A stretch of DNA of 34,564 nucleotides from Armatimonadota bacterium (GTDB lineage Bacteria; Sysuimicrobiota; Sysuimicrobiia; Sysuimicrobiales; Kaftiobacteriaceae): NCBI GenBank assembly GCA_037440005.1, contig JBBIUY010000032.1, forward strand, positions 1-34,564. Reading direction: 5' to 3'. Below, piece by piece: positions 1 through 9,821 of this stretch (positions within the stretch are counted from its first letter, which is position 1; every line of letters starts with the position of its first letter). The notes beneath the pieces are model-generated. The model saw only the letters and a list, made by a program, of their open reading frames with translations, made no database searches and was not told where the DNA came from. A program made the translations under genes and the position numbers.

Positions 1-568
1 GGGTCTACCCGGTCTGCCCGGCCTCCCGGTCGAACTGCGTTGAAGGTTGAAGGTTGGAGGTTGAACCCCCCTCACCCCACCCTCTCCCCCTGCCGGGGGA
101 GAGGGAGTTGGATAATGTTTCCGCGCTTCCGCGATCCCGCCTTTGGTAGACTCGACGACCCGACGACCGGGGAGACCATTTAAAGAGTCTACCCGGTCTT
201 CCCGGTCTACTCGGTCTACATGCTGGGATCAGAGATCTGGGATCTGGGATCAGGGCCCCCTCACCCTGGCCCTCCCCCCTTCTAACGGCGGTGAAGGTTG
301 GAGGTTGGAGGTTGAATCCCCCTCACCCTGACCCTCTCCCCCTGCCGGGGGAGAGGGGACCTCTTGGGGGTGTCGCGCTGACTGCGCTGGAGAAGGTTGG
401 ATCCCCCTCACCCTGGCCCTCTGCTCCTGTCGGGGGAGAGGGAAGGTATCTTGGGTGTCGCGCTTCCGCGTTTCCGCGATCCCGTCTTGGGCTGCGTTGA
501 GGGTTGGAGGTTGAAGGTGGCTTCCGCGGTCGGGCGAGCGCGCGGTCGGGCGGGCGCGCGGTCGCGCT
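1..568 (+). repeat. Composite intergenic repeat array (9-mer GGTCTRCCC, 7-mer GTTGRAG, BoxC-like hairpins, 8-mer TTCCGCGN, 7-mer GGGATCW, 8-mer GGTCGSGC)
   Basis: Tandem units are directly visible; BoxC-like copies at ~66, 255 (truncated), 318 and 403; the same modules recur through the window. Confidence 0.9.
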
Positions 569-575
569 TTACGGG

Positions 576-1547
576 CTAGAGCTCGCTGCGGACCAGGCGG
601 GCGGCGGCCACCATGTTGCGGAGCTTGCCCACGGTCTCGTCGATGGTGCGGGTCTTCAGGCCGCAGTCGGGGGAGATGTAGATCTGCTCGACGGGAATGA
701 CCTCCATCGCCCGGCGGATGCCGTCGGCGATCTCCTCCACCGACTCGACCCGGTGGGAGTGGGCGTCCACCACCCCCAGGCCGATGTCCTTGGTGAAGGG
801 CGCCGTCCTGAAGGTCTCCAGCAGGGCGAACTCCTCGTTCTTGAGGGCCAGGTCCAGCTGGTTCACCGCCAGGGTGAGCATGGCGGGGTAGATGCGGGGC
901 ACGTCCCCGTAGCAGATGTGGGTCACCGTGTAGGCGCTGAGGCCGTCGGTGACGATCTCCATCGCCTCCCGGGCCAGGTCGAAGTCTTCCTCGGGACGGG
1001 TGTGGATGGCCGGCTCGTCGATCTGGATGTAGCGGGCACCGGCCCGCTCCAGGTCCAGGGCCTCCTCGTGGATGGCCCGGGCCAACTCCAGGACCAGTTC
1101 CCGCCGGGTGGGGTAGTACTCGTTGAACGACCACTCGGCGATGGTGTACGGGCCCGTCAGCATCCCCTTCACGGGACGGCCGGTCAGCGACTGGGCGAAG
1201 GTGAACCACTCCACCGTCACCGGGTGGCGGCGGCCCACCGGGCCCACCACCACGGGCTTGGGGTAGTAGCGGTTGCCGTAGGAGCGCACCAGGCCGGCGA
1301 TGGCGAAGCCCTCCATCTCGTCGGCGAAGTAGGCCACCATGTCGCCCCGGTACTGCTCGCCGTCCACCAGGATGTCCAGGCCGATCTCGTCCTGGATGCG
1401 GATCCACTCCCGGGTGGCCTGCCGCTCGAGGGCGGCCAGCTCCTCCCGGGAGATCTGGCGGCGGGCGAACTTGCGGCGCGCCTCCAGCAGGTAGTCGGGC
1501 TTGGGGTAGCTGCCGACGGCGGTGGTGGGCAGCAGGGGCAGGGTCAT
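576..1547 (-). CDS. metE: Cobalamin-independent methionine synthase, catalytic Zn-binding half (split MetE)
   Basis: TTAVGSYPKP, DGEQYRGDMV, KGMLTGPYT, IQIDEP; Zn ligands in THICYG and SPDCGLK. Confidence 0.88.
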   Translation of the reverse strand: MTLPLLPTTAVGSYPKPDYLLEARRKFARRQISREELAALERQATREWIRIQDEIGLDILVDGEQYRGDMVAYFADEMEGFAIAGLVRSYGNRYYPKPVVVGPVGRRHPVTVEWFTFAQSLTGRPVKGMLTGPYTIAEWSFNEYYPTRRELVLELARAIHEEALDLERAGARYIQIDEPAIHTRPEEDFDLAREAMEIVTDGLSAYTVTHICYGDVPRIYPAMLTLAVNQLDLALKNEEFALLETFRTAPFTKDIGLGVVDAHSHRVESVEEIADGIRRAMEVIPVEQIYISPDCGLKTRTIDETVGKLRNMVAAARLVRSEL

Positions 1548-2530
1548 GCCCGCGCCCCCCGCAGGACCTGGACGGCCGCGCGGGCCGCCTCCACCAGCCG
1601 GGCCAGCTTGCGCCGGGCCACGCCGCGGGGCAGGAACTCCAGCCCCGCGCTGGGCGCCAGCTGCAGGCGCTCGAAGGGGACGACCTCGGACAGGCGGCGG
1701 ACGGCCGCGACCAGTTCCTCCACCGTCTCCAGGCGGGTGTTGCGGGCGTCCAGCAGGCCGGCCATCAGGCCTTTGGTGAACGGCGCCCGGCGGATCACGT
1801 CCCAGTTGCGGTAGCCGGCCACGAAGTCCAGTCCGATGACCTCAAAGGGCAGGTCCAGGATCTGAGGGTACAGCCCGGCGACGTCCCCGAAGTAGGTGCA
1901 CAGGACCAGGCGGGCGGTCATGCCCTCGGTGAGGAGAGCCGCGGCCTCGGCGAACAGCGGGTAGTCGGCCTTATGGGCGCACAGGGCCGGCTCGTCCACC
2001 TGGATCACCTCGGCGCCGGCGGCCTGCAGGGCCCGCAGTTCGCTGTTCAGGGCCCGGGCCAGGGCCAGGGTGAAGTCGCGGTCGGAGGGGTAGTGGCGGT
2101 TGCGGCTCAGGCGCGCCAGGGTGAACGGCCCGGTGACCACGGGCTTGACCGGCCGGGGGCTGTGCCGGCGGGCGAACTCGAAGTCGGCCACGGTGATGGG
2201 CTCCGCCCACGCCACCTCGCCCTCGGCCACGGGCTCCCGGTAGTAGACGTTGGTGTCGAAGTAGCGCTGCAGCCCGTCGATGGAAAAGCCCCGGAGGCGG
2301 CGGGCGAAGTAGGTCTGGCCGTCCTCCCAGCGGATCTGGCCGTCGGTGATGAGGTCCACGCCGGCGTCCACCTGCTCGCGGATCACCTCCAGGGTGACCT
2401 CGTCCTCGACCCGGCGCAGCTCCTCGGCGCTGACCTGGCCCTTCTGGAACTTCTCGACGGTGGTGCGCCACCGGCCGGGGGCCGGGGGGTCGGGGATTTT
2501 GGGGTAACTGCCGATGACGGTGGTGATCAC
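1544..2530 (-). CDS. MetE-like barrel, non-catalytic N-terminal half of split MetE
   Basis: TTVIGSYPK, ITDGQIRW, RYFDTNVYYR, TGPFTL, QVDEP; Zn ligands absent (TYFG, PSAGL); ATGA overlap with the catalytic half. Confidence 0.8.
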   Translation of the reverse strand: MITTVIGSYPKIPDPPAPGRWRTTVEKFQKGQVSAEELRRVEDEVTLEVIREQVDAGVDLITDGQIRWEDGQTYFARRLRGFSIDGLQRYFDTNVYYREPVAEGEVAWAEPITVADFEFARRHSPRPVKPVVTGPFTLARLSRNRHYPSDRDFTLALARALNSELRALQAAGAEVIQVDEPALCAHKADYPLFAEAAALLTEGMTARLVLCTYFGDVAGLYPQILDLPFEVIGLDFVAGYRNWDVIRRAPFTKGLMAGLLDARNTRLETVEELVAAVRRLSEVVPFERLQLAPSAGLEFLPRGVARRKLARLVEAARAAVQVLRGARA

Positions 2531-2542
2531 GGGTGACCTCCA

Positions 2543-2726
2543 GGCCCCCTCATCCCAACCCTCTCCCCCTGCCGGGGGAGAGGGAGTTGGATAGCGTTTC
2601 CCCGCTTCGGCGATCTCGCCTTGGACTGCGTTGCTTGACCGCGTTGAAGGTTGGAGGTTGGATCCCCCTCACCCCGACCCTCTCCCCAAAGGGGAGAGGG
2701 AGTTGGATAGCGTTTCCGCGCTTCCG
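2543..2726 (+). repeat. Composite repeat, two BoxC-like units
   Basis: CCCCCTCAYCC...CCCTCTCCCC...GGGGAGAGGG at ~2545 and ~2664, with GTTGRAG and TTCCGCG units. Confidence 0.9.
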
Positions 2727-2731
2727 TTAGT

Positions 2732-4585
2732 CTACGTGACCGTGGGCTGGCGTGCAAGGCGGACTAGTTCCAGCACGGCGTCGAAGCGGCCGAAGGAGGG
2801 GATCAGGTACACTCCTCCCACCCGGCCGCGGATGGCGTCCACCAGGTCCCGGGCGATGCGGATGCCCTCGGCCCGGGCGTCGGCGGCCGTCCGCATGCGC
2901 TCCCGGACCCAGTCCGGCACGCGGAAGCCCGGCACCTCGTTGTGGAGGAACTCGGCGTGGCGGTGGCTGACCAGGGGCAGCACGCCCACCAGGGTCGGCA
3001 GGGGCAGGCCGCCGGCGACCCGCAGGAAGCGGTCCAGCACCTCCGGGTCGTAGATGGGCATGGTGCAGATGAAGTCGGCGCCGGCCCGCACCTTGCGCTC
3101 CAGCACCCTGACCTCCCGGTCCAGATCCGCCGCACCCAGATTGAGGGCGACCCCCACGGTGAAGGCGGTGGGGGCGCCGATGGGGTTGCCCGACTGGTCG
3201 CGGCCCCGGTTGAACTCCTTGATCAGGCGCACCAGCCCCGAGGGGGTGACGTCGGAGACGGCGGTGGCGTTGGGGTAGTCGCCCATCTGGGGCGGGTCGC
3301 CCCGCAGCACCAGGACGTTGCGCACGCCCAGGGCGTGCACCGCCAGCAGGTCCGACTGCACCCGCACCAGGTTGCGGTCCCGGGTGGTAAAGTGCAGGAC
3401 CGTCTCCAGGCCGACCTCGTTCTGGATCCGGGCGCACATGGCCCACGGGCTCATCCGCAGCCGGGCCAGAGGGTTGTCGGCGACGTCCACGGCGTCCACG
3501 CCCGCCTCGCGCAGACGCCGGCAGCCGTCCAGTTCCCGCCGGTCCTGCGCCCCGCGGGGCGGATCCACCTCCACGGTGATCACGAAGGTCCGGCCCAGCT
3601 TCTGGGCCAGGGGCGTGGGTTCCGGGCGCGCGGCGGGTTCCTCGGCCGGGGGACGGAGAGGAAACTCCACCACCGCCGCCGGCCGGGCGGGCGGCGGGCC
3701 GGCCAGCGCCTCCCGCATGGCCGCGATGTGCTCGGGGGTGGTGCCGCAGCACCCGCCGACGATCCGCACGCCCAGCCCGACCATCTGCCGGGCGTGGCCG
3801 GCCATGTAGGCGGGCGTCGAGACGTAGATGTAGCGGCCACCCACGTAGGCGGGAAACCCGGCGTTGGGCATCGCCGACAGGTACAGCCGGGGCGAGGCGG
3901 CGGCCATGCGCTCGACCACCTGCAGGATCCCCAGCGACCCCACGCTGCAGTTGGCGCCCACCACGTCCACCCGCAGGCCCTCCAGGGCCCGGACGATCTC
4001 GGCCGGTTCGTGGCCCAGCAGGGTGCGGCCCTCCTGGGTGAACGTCATCTGGGCGATCAGGGGGACGTCGGTGGCCTCGCGCACCCCCCGCACCGCCTCC
4101 ATCAGCTCGGCCAGGTCGGTGAAGGTCTCGAGGATGAGGACGTCGCAGCCGCCTTCCACCAGGGCCGCGGCCTGCTCGGCGTAGGCCTGGCGCACTTCCT
4201 CGGGGCCGACGACGCCCAGGGGCGCCATGGGCCGGCCGATGGGTCCCATGGACCCCGCCACGAACACCGGGCGGCCGGCGGCGTCGGCGGTCTCCCGGGC
4301 GAGGGCGGCGCCGGCCCGGTTGACCTCGCTCAGGCGGTGGGCCAGGGCGTGCTGGGCGAGCTTGAACCGGTTGGCGCCGAAGGTGTTGGTCTCGATCAAC
4401 TCGGCGCCGCTGTGGATGTAGTCCAGGTGGATCCGGCGGATCAGGTCGGGCCGGGTGAGGTTGAGGGCGTCAAAGCACTGGTCGAACGGCACGCCGCGGG
4501 CGTAGATCTGGGTGCCCATGGCGCCGTCGGCCAGCAGGATGCCCTGGTCCAGGCGCTCCAGGAACGGGTGGCGTGGGCGGTGCAT
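2732..4585 (-). CDS. yitJ: Bifunctional homocysteine S-methyltransferase / methylenetetrahydrofolate reductase
   Basis: LADGAMGT, ETNTFGANR, GANCS and GGCCGTTPEHI in the HMT domain; VEVDPPR, HFTTRDRN and LRGDPP in the MTHFR domain. Confidence 0.92.
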   Translation of the reverse strand: MHRPRHPFLERLDQGILLADGAMGTQIYARGVPFDQCFDALNLTRPDLIRRIHLDYIHSGAELIETNTFGANRFKLAQHALAHRLSEVNRAGAALARETADAAGRPVFVAGSMGPIGRPMAPLGVVGPEEVRQAYAEQAAALVEGGCDVLILETFTDLAELMEAVRGVREATDVPLIAQMTFTQEGRTLLGHEPAEIVRALEGLRVDVVGANCSVGSLGILQVVERMAAASPRLYLSAMPNAGFPAYVGGRYIYVSTPAYMAGHARQMVGLGVRIVGGCCGTTPEHIAAMREALAGPPPARPAAVVEFPLRPPAEEPAARPEPTPLAQKLGRTFVITVEVDPPRGAQDRRELDGCRRLREAGVDAVDVADNPLARLRMSPWAMCARIQNEVGLETVLHFTTRDRNLVRVQSDLLAVHALGVRNVLVLRGDPPQMGDYPNATAVSDVTPSGLVRLIKEFNRGRDQSGNPIGAPTAFTVGVALNLGAADLDREVRVLERKVRAGADFICTMPIYDPEVLDRFLRVAGGLPLPTLVGVLPLVSHRHAEFLHNEVPGFRVPDWVRERMRTAADARAEGIRIARDLVDAIRGRVGGVYLIPSFGRFDAVLELVRLARQPTVT

Positions 4586-4616
4586 TTGGTCTCGTCCTCT
4601 TGCTGACGCTAGACTG

Positions 4617-4972
4617 CGAGATCAGGGATCCGGCCTCCTCCAACGGCGTTGAAGGTTGAAGGTTGGAGGTTGGATCCCCCTCACCCTCACCCTCTCCCCC
4701 TGCCGGGGGAGAGGGGACCTCTTGGGGGTGTCGCGCGTCTGCGATATCGAGTCTACCCGGTCTGCCCGGTCTAACTGCGTTGAAGGTTGAAGGTTGAAGG
4801 TTGGATCCCCCTCACCCCGGCCCTCTCCCCCTGCCGGGGGAGAGGGAGTTGTTCGCGTTGCCCTCTCTCCTCTCCAGACGGCGCTGAAGGTTGGAGGTTG
4901 AATCCCCCCTCACCCTGGCCCTCTCCCCCTGTCGGGGGAGAGGGAACTGTATCGCGTTTCCGCGATCCCGCG
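4617..4972 (+). repeat. Composite repeat, three BoxC-like units
   Basis: Units at ~4676, 4807 and 4904, each preceded by GTTGRAG heptamers. Confidence 0.9.
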
Positions 4973-4973
4973 T

Positions 4974-6116
4974 CTAGCGTTCCAGCAGGGACTTGGCAAT
5001 GATGATTCGCTGAATCTCCGAGGTTCCCTCGCCGATCTCGGTGAGCTTCACGTCGCGGTAGTAGCGCTCCACGGGGTAGTCCTTGATGAAGCCGTAGCCG
5101 CCGTGGATCTGGACGGCCCGGGTGGCGGCGCGGGCGGCCGCCTCGGAGGCGAAGAGCTTGGCCATGGACGCCTCGCGCCGGAAGGGCTGGCCCAGGTCCA
5201 CCAGCTGCGCGGCCCGCAGGACCAGCAGCCAGGCGGCATCCAGCTCGGTGGCCATGTCGGCCAGCATGAACTGGATGGCCTGGTGCTCGACCAGGGGCTT
5301 GCCGAAGGCGGTGCGCTGGCGGGCGTAGGCCAGGCTGTCGTCCAGCGCCGCGCGGCCGATGCCCACCGCCAGGGCGCCGATGCCGATGCGCCCGCGCTCG
5401 AGAACCCGCATCGCCTGGCGGTGACCGTCGCCTTCCTCCCCGATGAGAGCGTCGGCGGGGACCTCGCAGTCCTCCAGGACCACCTCGGCGGTGTCGCTGG
5501 ACCGGACCCCCAGCTTGTCCTCCTTCTTGCCCACCCGCAGCCCGGGGGCGTCCCGCTCCACGATGAAGGCCGAGATGCCCCGCCGCCCGGCCGAGGGGTC
5601 GGTGACGGCCATGACCACGTACACGCCCGCGACGCTGCCCTGGGTGACGAAGACCTTGGTGCCCGACAGGACCCAGCCGCCCCCGCGGCGCACCGCGCGG
5701 GTCTGGATGGCCCCCGCGTCGCTGCCGGCAACGGGCTCGGTCAGGCACCACGCGCCCAGGATGTCGCCCCGGGCCAGCCGGGGCAGGTAGCGGCGCTTCT
5801 GCTCGGGGCTGCCGAACTGGAGGATGTGGCCGGTGCACAGGGAGTTGTGGGAGGCGACGCTGAGGCCGATGCCGGCGTCGCCCCACGCCACGGCCTCGAT
5901 GGCCAGCATGGCGCTCACCGTGTCCAGCCCGGCCCCGCCGTAGTCGGCGGGCACCATCAGACCCCACAGGCCCAACGCGGCCAGCCGGGGCACCAGGTCC
6001 AGGGGGAAATGCCCCTCGCGGTCCCAGCGCGCGGCGTGGGGGCGCAGTTCCGCCCGGGCGAACTCGCGGACGGTCTGGTGGATGAGGCGCTGTTCCTCGG
6101 TCAGCTCGATGCGCAT
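4974..6116 (-). CDS. Acyl-CoA dehydrogenase
   Basis: [42 protein letters not shown]. Confidence 0.93.
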   Translation of the reverse strand: MRIELTEEQRLIHQTVREFARAELRPHAARWDREGHFPLDLVPRLAALGLWGLMVPADYGGAGLDTVSAMLAIEAVAWGDAGIGLSVASHNSLCTGHILQFGSPEQKRRYLPRLARGDILGAWCLTEPVAGSDAGAIQTRAVRRGGGWVLSGTKVFVTQGSVAGVYVVMAVTDPSAGRRGISAFIVERDAPGLRVGKKEDKLGVRSSDTAEVVLEDCEVPADALIGEEGDGHRQAMRVLERGRIGIGALAVGIGRAALDDSLAYARQRTAFGKPLVEHQAIQFMLADMATELDAAWLLVLRAAQLVDLGQPFRREASMAKLFASEAAARAATRAVQIHGGYGFIKDYPVERYYRDVKLTEIGEGTSEIQRIIIAKSLLER

Positions 6117-6132
6117 GGTGGATGTGGGGTGG

Positions 6133-6321
6133 TCCCCCTCACCCTGGCCCTCTCCCCGAAGGGGAGAGGGAACTGCGGCCCCTCACCCTCGCCCTCTCCC
6201 CAGAGGGGAGAGGGGAGATCTGCACATCCCGGGGGGTTCCCCGGGCCCCTCACCCTGCCCCTCTCCCCACAGGGGAGAGGGAACTGCGGCCCCTCACCCT
6301 CTCCCCAGAGGGGAGAGGGAA
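6133..6321 (+). repeat. Four tandem BoxC-like hairpins
   Basis: CCCCTCACCC..CCCTCTCCCC-loop-GGGGAGAGGG at ~6134, 6178, 6246 and 6290; linker AACTGCGG used twice. Confidence 0.92.
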
Positions 6322-6362
6322 GTGCGTGGGAGAGTGGGCCCCCGGAGGGTGGACATGGTGGC

Positions 6363-7310
6363 TCAGTCCACGACCAGGGGCTGCTCATCGGTGATGACGG
6401 CGGTCTGCTGCCGGATCGTCTGCCGCAGGGGCTTGGGCAGGCTCATGACCCGGCGGTGGGTCTCGCCGTCGTAGAACCGCAGCTCAATCCCCCGCTCGCG
6501 CAGGCGGCGGTCCACCTCGGCGGGGTCGTCCAGCGCCTCCCACACCGGCCGCCGCGAACCGGCCACGAACGCCCACGGGTAGTCGAAGGACATGACGTAC
6601 TCGCAGTACGACCGGGTGTGGGGGAAGACCTCCCGCACAGTGCGGTGGATGGCGGCGTGGAGGCGGTCTCCCGCGTCGTAGTGCACCCCGATGGCCTGGG
6701 TCACGAACACGCCGTCGGGCTCCAGCACCCGAGCGACGGCCGCGTAAAACTCGCGGGTGTACAGCAGCTTGCTGGGCCCGCCCTCGATGGGGTCGGTGAT
6801 GTCGTTGATCACCACGTCGAAGCGGCGGTCGGCGCGCTCCACGTAGGCGCGGGCGTCGCCGTAGACCACCTCCACCCGCGGGTCGTCGAACGCTCCGGCG
6901 TGCCAGGACGGCAGGTGCCGGCGGCAGAGGTCCACCAGCTCGCGGTCGATGTCCACCATCACCGCCGACTCCACCGAGGAGTGGCGGAGGACCTCGCGTA
7001 GAGGGGCTCCCTCCCCGCCCCCGCAGACCAGCACCCGCCGGGGGCGCGGGTGGGCCAGCATGGCGGGGTGGACCAGCAGCTCGTGGTAGATGTACTCGTC
7101 CACCTCGGCGGACTGGATCTTGCCGTCCACCACCAGGCACAGGCCCAGGTGGTCAAAGCGCTGGATGAGCACGTTCTGGTAGGCGGTGCGCGCGCGGGCC
7201 ACCACCTCCCCGCAGCGGTGGGCGTGCACCTCGCTGTCGGTGTACCGGTCGTAAAACCACAGGCCCTTGAGGGGAAACTCCTGCAGGACGAAGACGTCGC
7301 GCTCGGACAC
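6363..7310 (-). CDS. speE: Polyamine aminopropyltransferase (spermidine synthase family)
   Basis: LVVDGKIQSAEVDEYIYHE, GGGEG, VDID, DITDP; GTG start at 7310 chosen from an upstream GGAGGGG RBS. Confidence 0.9.
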   Translation of the reverse strand: MSERDVFVLQEFPLKGLWFYDRYTDSEVHAHRCGEVVARARTAYQNVLIQRFDHLGLCLVVDGKIQSAEVDEYIYHELLVHPAMLAHPRPRRVLVCGGGEGAPLREVLRHSSVESAVMVDIDRELVDLCRRHLPSWHAGAFDDPRVEVVYGDARAYVERADRRFDVVINDITDPIEGGPSKLLYTREFYAAVARVLEPDGVFVTQAIGVHYDAGDRLHAAIHRTVREVFPHTRSYCEYVMSFDYPWAFVAGSRRPVWEALDDPAEVDRRLRERGIELRFYDGETHRRVMSLPKPLRQTIRQQTAVITDEQPLVVD

Positions 7311-7335
7311 GCCACCCCTCCCCGGAGCTACGCAA

Positions 7336-7416
7336 TCAGGCATCAGGGATCAGAGATCGGAGGGGCCCGGCGGTTCCTGAATCCTGATCCCAGATCCCTG
7401 ATCCCTGATCTCTGAT
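7336..7416. repeat. Inverted array of GGGATCA heptamers between rtcB and speE
   Basis: (ATCAGGG)n left arm and (CCCTGAT)n right arm. Confidence 0.8.
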
Positions 7417-7424
7417 TCCGTCCG

Positions 7425-8885
7425 TCATCCCTTCACCACGCCGATCGGCCTCGTCCGGGCCACGCGGCGGCTCAGGCCGGCGGCGTGGCAGACGGCCACC
7501 ACGTCGGCCACGTCCTTGTAGGCCGGGGAGGCCTCCTCGGCCAGCAGGCTGCGGTCCTGGGCCCGGACCAGGATTCCCTGGCGGCGCAGTTGCTCGGCAA
7601 TGTCCACCCCCGCCAGGGTGCGCACAGCCTGCTTGCGGCCCATCACCCGGCCGGCCCCGTGGCAGGTGGAGCCGAAGGACAGCTGCATGGCGTCCGGGGT
7701 GCCGACGCACACGAAGGAGTACCGCCCCATGTCCCCCGGCACCAGCACGGGCTGGCCGATCTCCCGGTAGCGGGGAGGGACCTCGGGGTGGCCGGGCGGG
7801 AAGGCCCGGGTGGCGCCTTTGCGGTGCACCACCACGGTCCGCATCTGGCCGTCCACCGGGTACTCCTCCACCTTGCCGATGTTGTGGGCGACGTCGTACA
7901 CGAGCCGCATGCCCAGGTCCTCGGGGCTGCGGCCGAAGACTCGGCTGAAGGCCTCCCGCACCCAGTGGGTGATCATCTGACGGTTGGCCCAGGCGAAGTT
8001 GGCCGCGGCGCTCATGGCGCCGAAGTACCGCTGGCCCTCGGGCGAGCGGAAGGGCATGCAGGCCAGCTGGCGGTCCACCAGGTGGATGCCGTGCTGGCGG
8101 GCGGACCGCTCGGCCACCCGCAGGTAGTCGGTGCACACCTGGTGGCCCAGGCCGCGGGAGCCGCAATGGATGAACACCACCACCTGGCCCACGTGGTCGA
8201 TGCCCATGGCGCGCGCGGCCCGGACGTCGTAGATCTCGTCCACCACCTGCACTTCCAGGAAGTGGTTGCCCGAGCCCAGGGTCCCGATCTGCCCCCGCCC
8301 GCGCTGCTTGGCGGCGTCGCTGACGGCCTCCGGGTCGGCGGCGGGCAGCGACCCGCCCGCCTCGATGACCTCCAGGTCCTCGGGCCACCCGTAGCCCTTC
8401 TGGACGGCCCACCGCGCCCCGCCCCGCAGCACGTCGTCGATCTCGCCCATGCCGACCTTGACGCGGCCGGTGGAACCGACACCCGAGGGCACGTTGACGA
8501 ACAGGGCGTCCACCAGCGGTTCCAGGCGGCGGCGCACGTCGTCTTCCGCGAGGGTGGTGCGGATGAGGCGGACGCCGCAGTTGATATCGTACCCGATCCC
8601 GCCGGGGCTGATGATGCCGGTCTCGCTGTCGAACGCCGCCACGCCGCCCACCGGAAAGCCGTAGCCCCAGTGGATGTCGGGCATGGCCAGAGAGTAGCCC
8701 ACGATCCCCGGCAGGGTGGCCACGTTGGCCACCTGCTCCAGGGCCTGCTCCTCGGCGATCTGGCGCAGCATGCGCTCGTCGGCGAACACCAGCCCCGGCA
8801 CGCGCATGCCGGCCTTGTAGGTGGGCGGGATCTCCCACCGGTAATCATCCACCTTCTTGAGGATGTGGGTCCAGGGCGTCGTCAT
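7425..8885 (-). CDS. rtcB: RtcB family RNA 3'-phosphate/5'-OH ligase
   Basis: MPDIHWGYGFPVG, DINCG, GNHFLE, HCGSRG, HNIGK, HRKGATR, CHGAGR, AYKD. Confidence 0.95.
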   Translation of the reverse strand: MTTPWTHILKKVDDYRWEIPPTYKAGMRVPGLVFADERMLRQIAEEQALEQVANVATLPGIVGYSLAMPDIHWGYGFPVGGVAAFDSETGIISPGGIGYDINCGVRLIRTTLAEDDVRRRLEPLVDALFVNVPSGVGSTGRVKVGMGEIDDVLRGGARWAVQKGYGWPEDLEVIEAGGSLPAADPEAVSDAAKQRGRGQIGTLGSGNHFLEVQVVDEIYDVRAARAMGIDHVGQVVVFIHCGSRGLGHQVCTDYLRVAERSARQHGIHLVDRQLACMPFRSPEGQRYFGAMSAAANFAWANRQMITHWVREAFSRVFGRSPEDLGMRLVYDVAHNIGKVEEYPVDGQMRTVVVHRKGATRAFPPGHPEVPPRYREIGQPVLVPGDMGRYSFVCVGTPDAMQLSFGSTCHGAGRVMGRKQAVRTLAGVDIAEQLRRQGILVRAQDRSLLAEEASPAYKDVADVVAVCHAAGLSRRVARTRPIGVVKG

Positions 8886-8923
8886 GGACCATCACCGACG
8901 CGCTGTGCGGGAAGCCACAGATA

Positions 8924-8929
8924 ATCATA
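8924..8929 (-). promoter_or_regulatory. Putative -10 element (TATGAT) upstream of rtcB
   Basis: TATGAT in an AT-rich patch ~40 nt upstream of the ATG; no clear -35. Confidence 0.45.
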
Positions 8930-9544
8930 CAGGGATCGGGGGTCGGGGGCCAGGGTGCGCGCTCGGACGGCGTTGAAAGTTGAAGGTTGAAGGTTGAAGG
9001 TTGGAGCCCCCTCACCCTCACCCTCTCCCCCTGCCGGGGGAGAGGGGACCTTTGGGGGGTGTCGCGCGTTTGCGATATCGCAGTCTACCCGGTCTGCCCG
9101 GTCCACCCGGTCTTCCCGGTCTACATGCTCAAAGCAGGGATCAGGGATCGGAGATCGGGCTCCCTCACCCTAACCCTCTCCCCCTGCCGGGGGAGAGGGG
9201 ACCTTTGGGGGGGTGTCGCGCGTTTGCGATATCGCAGTCTACCCGGTCTGCCCGGTCCACCCGGTCTACCCGGCCTAACTGCGTTGAAGGTTGAAGGTTG
9301 GTTGGATCCCCCTCACCCTGGCCCTCTCCCCCTGCCGGGGGAGAGGGAAGTTATCTTGGGTGTCGCGCTTCCGCGTTTCCGCGATTCCGCGGTAGGGAGA
9401 CCCGACGACACGATGACCGGGGAGACCGCTTATGTGAGTCTACCCGGTCTGCCCGGTCCAACTGCGTTGAAGGTTGGAGGTTGAAGGTGGCTTCCGCGGT
9501 CGCGCGGTCGGGAGTCGGATGATCGCGTGGTCGCGCGGTCGCGT
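8930..9544 (+). repeat. Composite repeat, three BoxC-like units with an internal ~110 bp direct duplication
   Basis: Units at ~9007, 9162 and 9308; 9007-9120 is near-identical to 9162-9272. Confidence 0.9.
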
Positions 9545-9546
9545 GC

Positions 9547-9810
9547 CTAGAAGGGCATCGCCTCGACGGCTTTGACCTCGGGGACGGCCTCCCGCAGCAG
9601 CCGCTCCACGCCGGCCTGCAGGGTCATCAGGGAGTGCATGCACCCGACGCACGCCCCCGCCAGGCGGATCTGGACGATGCCGTCCACCACGTCGATCAGC
9701 TCGATATCGCCGCCGTCGCCCTGGATGTAGGGCCGGATGCTGTCCAGGACCTGCTCCACCCGTGTCCGGATGTCCTGCTGGGCGGTCGGAGTCTGCAGCT
9801 GCTCGCTCAT
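9547..9810 (-). CDS. NifU C-terminal (Nfu) Fe-S scaffold/carrier protein
   Basis: IRPYIQGDGGDIEL, LAGACVGC, TLQAGVE; ATG at 9810. Confidence 0.92.
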   Translation of the reverse strand: MSEQLQTPTAQQDIRTRVEQVLDSIRPYIQGDGGDIELIDVVDGIVQIRLAGACVGCMHSLMTLQAGVERLLREAVPEVKAVEAMPF

Positions 9811-9821
9811 GGGTGCGCTCC

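Noticed and set aside
1..568. Repeat arrays as CRISPR
   Set aside because: No constant repeat with unique fixed-length spacers; the linkers are themselves repetitive; no cas genes
2942..4606. Long plus-strand ORFs (e.g. 2942-4606, 5103-7001, 20192-21784, 25321-26907)
   Set aside because: Antisense shadows of GC-rich genes with no recognisable motifs
4586..4972. SAM riboswitch upstream of yitJ
   Set aside because: The region is repeat DNA plus a short RBS-containing leader
8882..9652. Short ORFs in repeat regions ([27 protein letters not shown] peptides)
   Set aside because: They are translations of repeat modules that recur in different frames, with no RBS or coding bias
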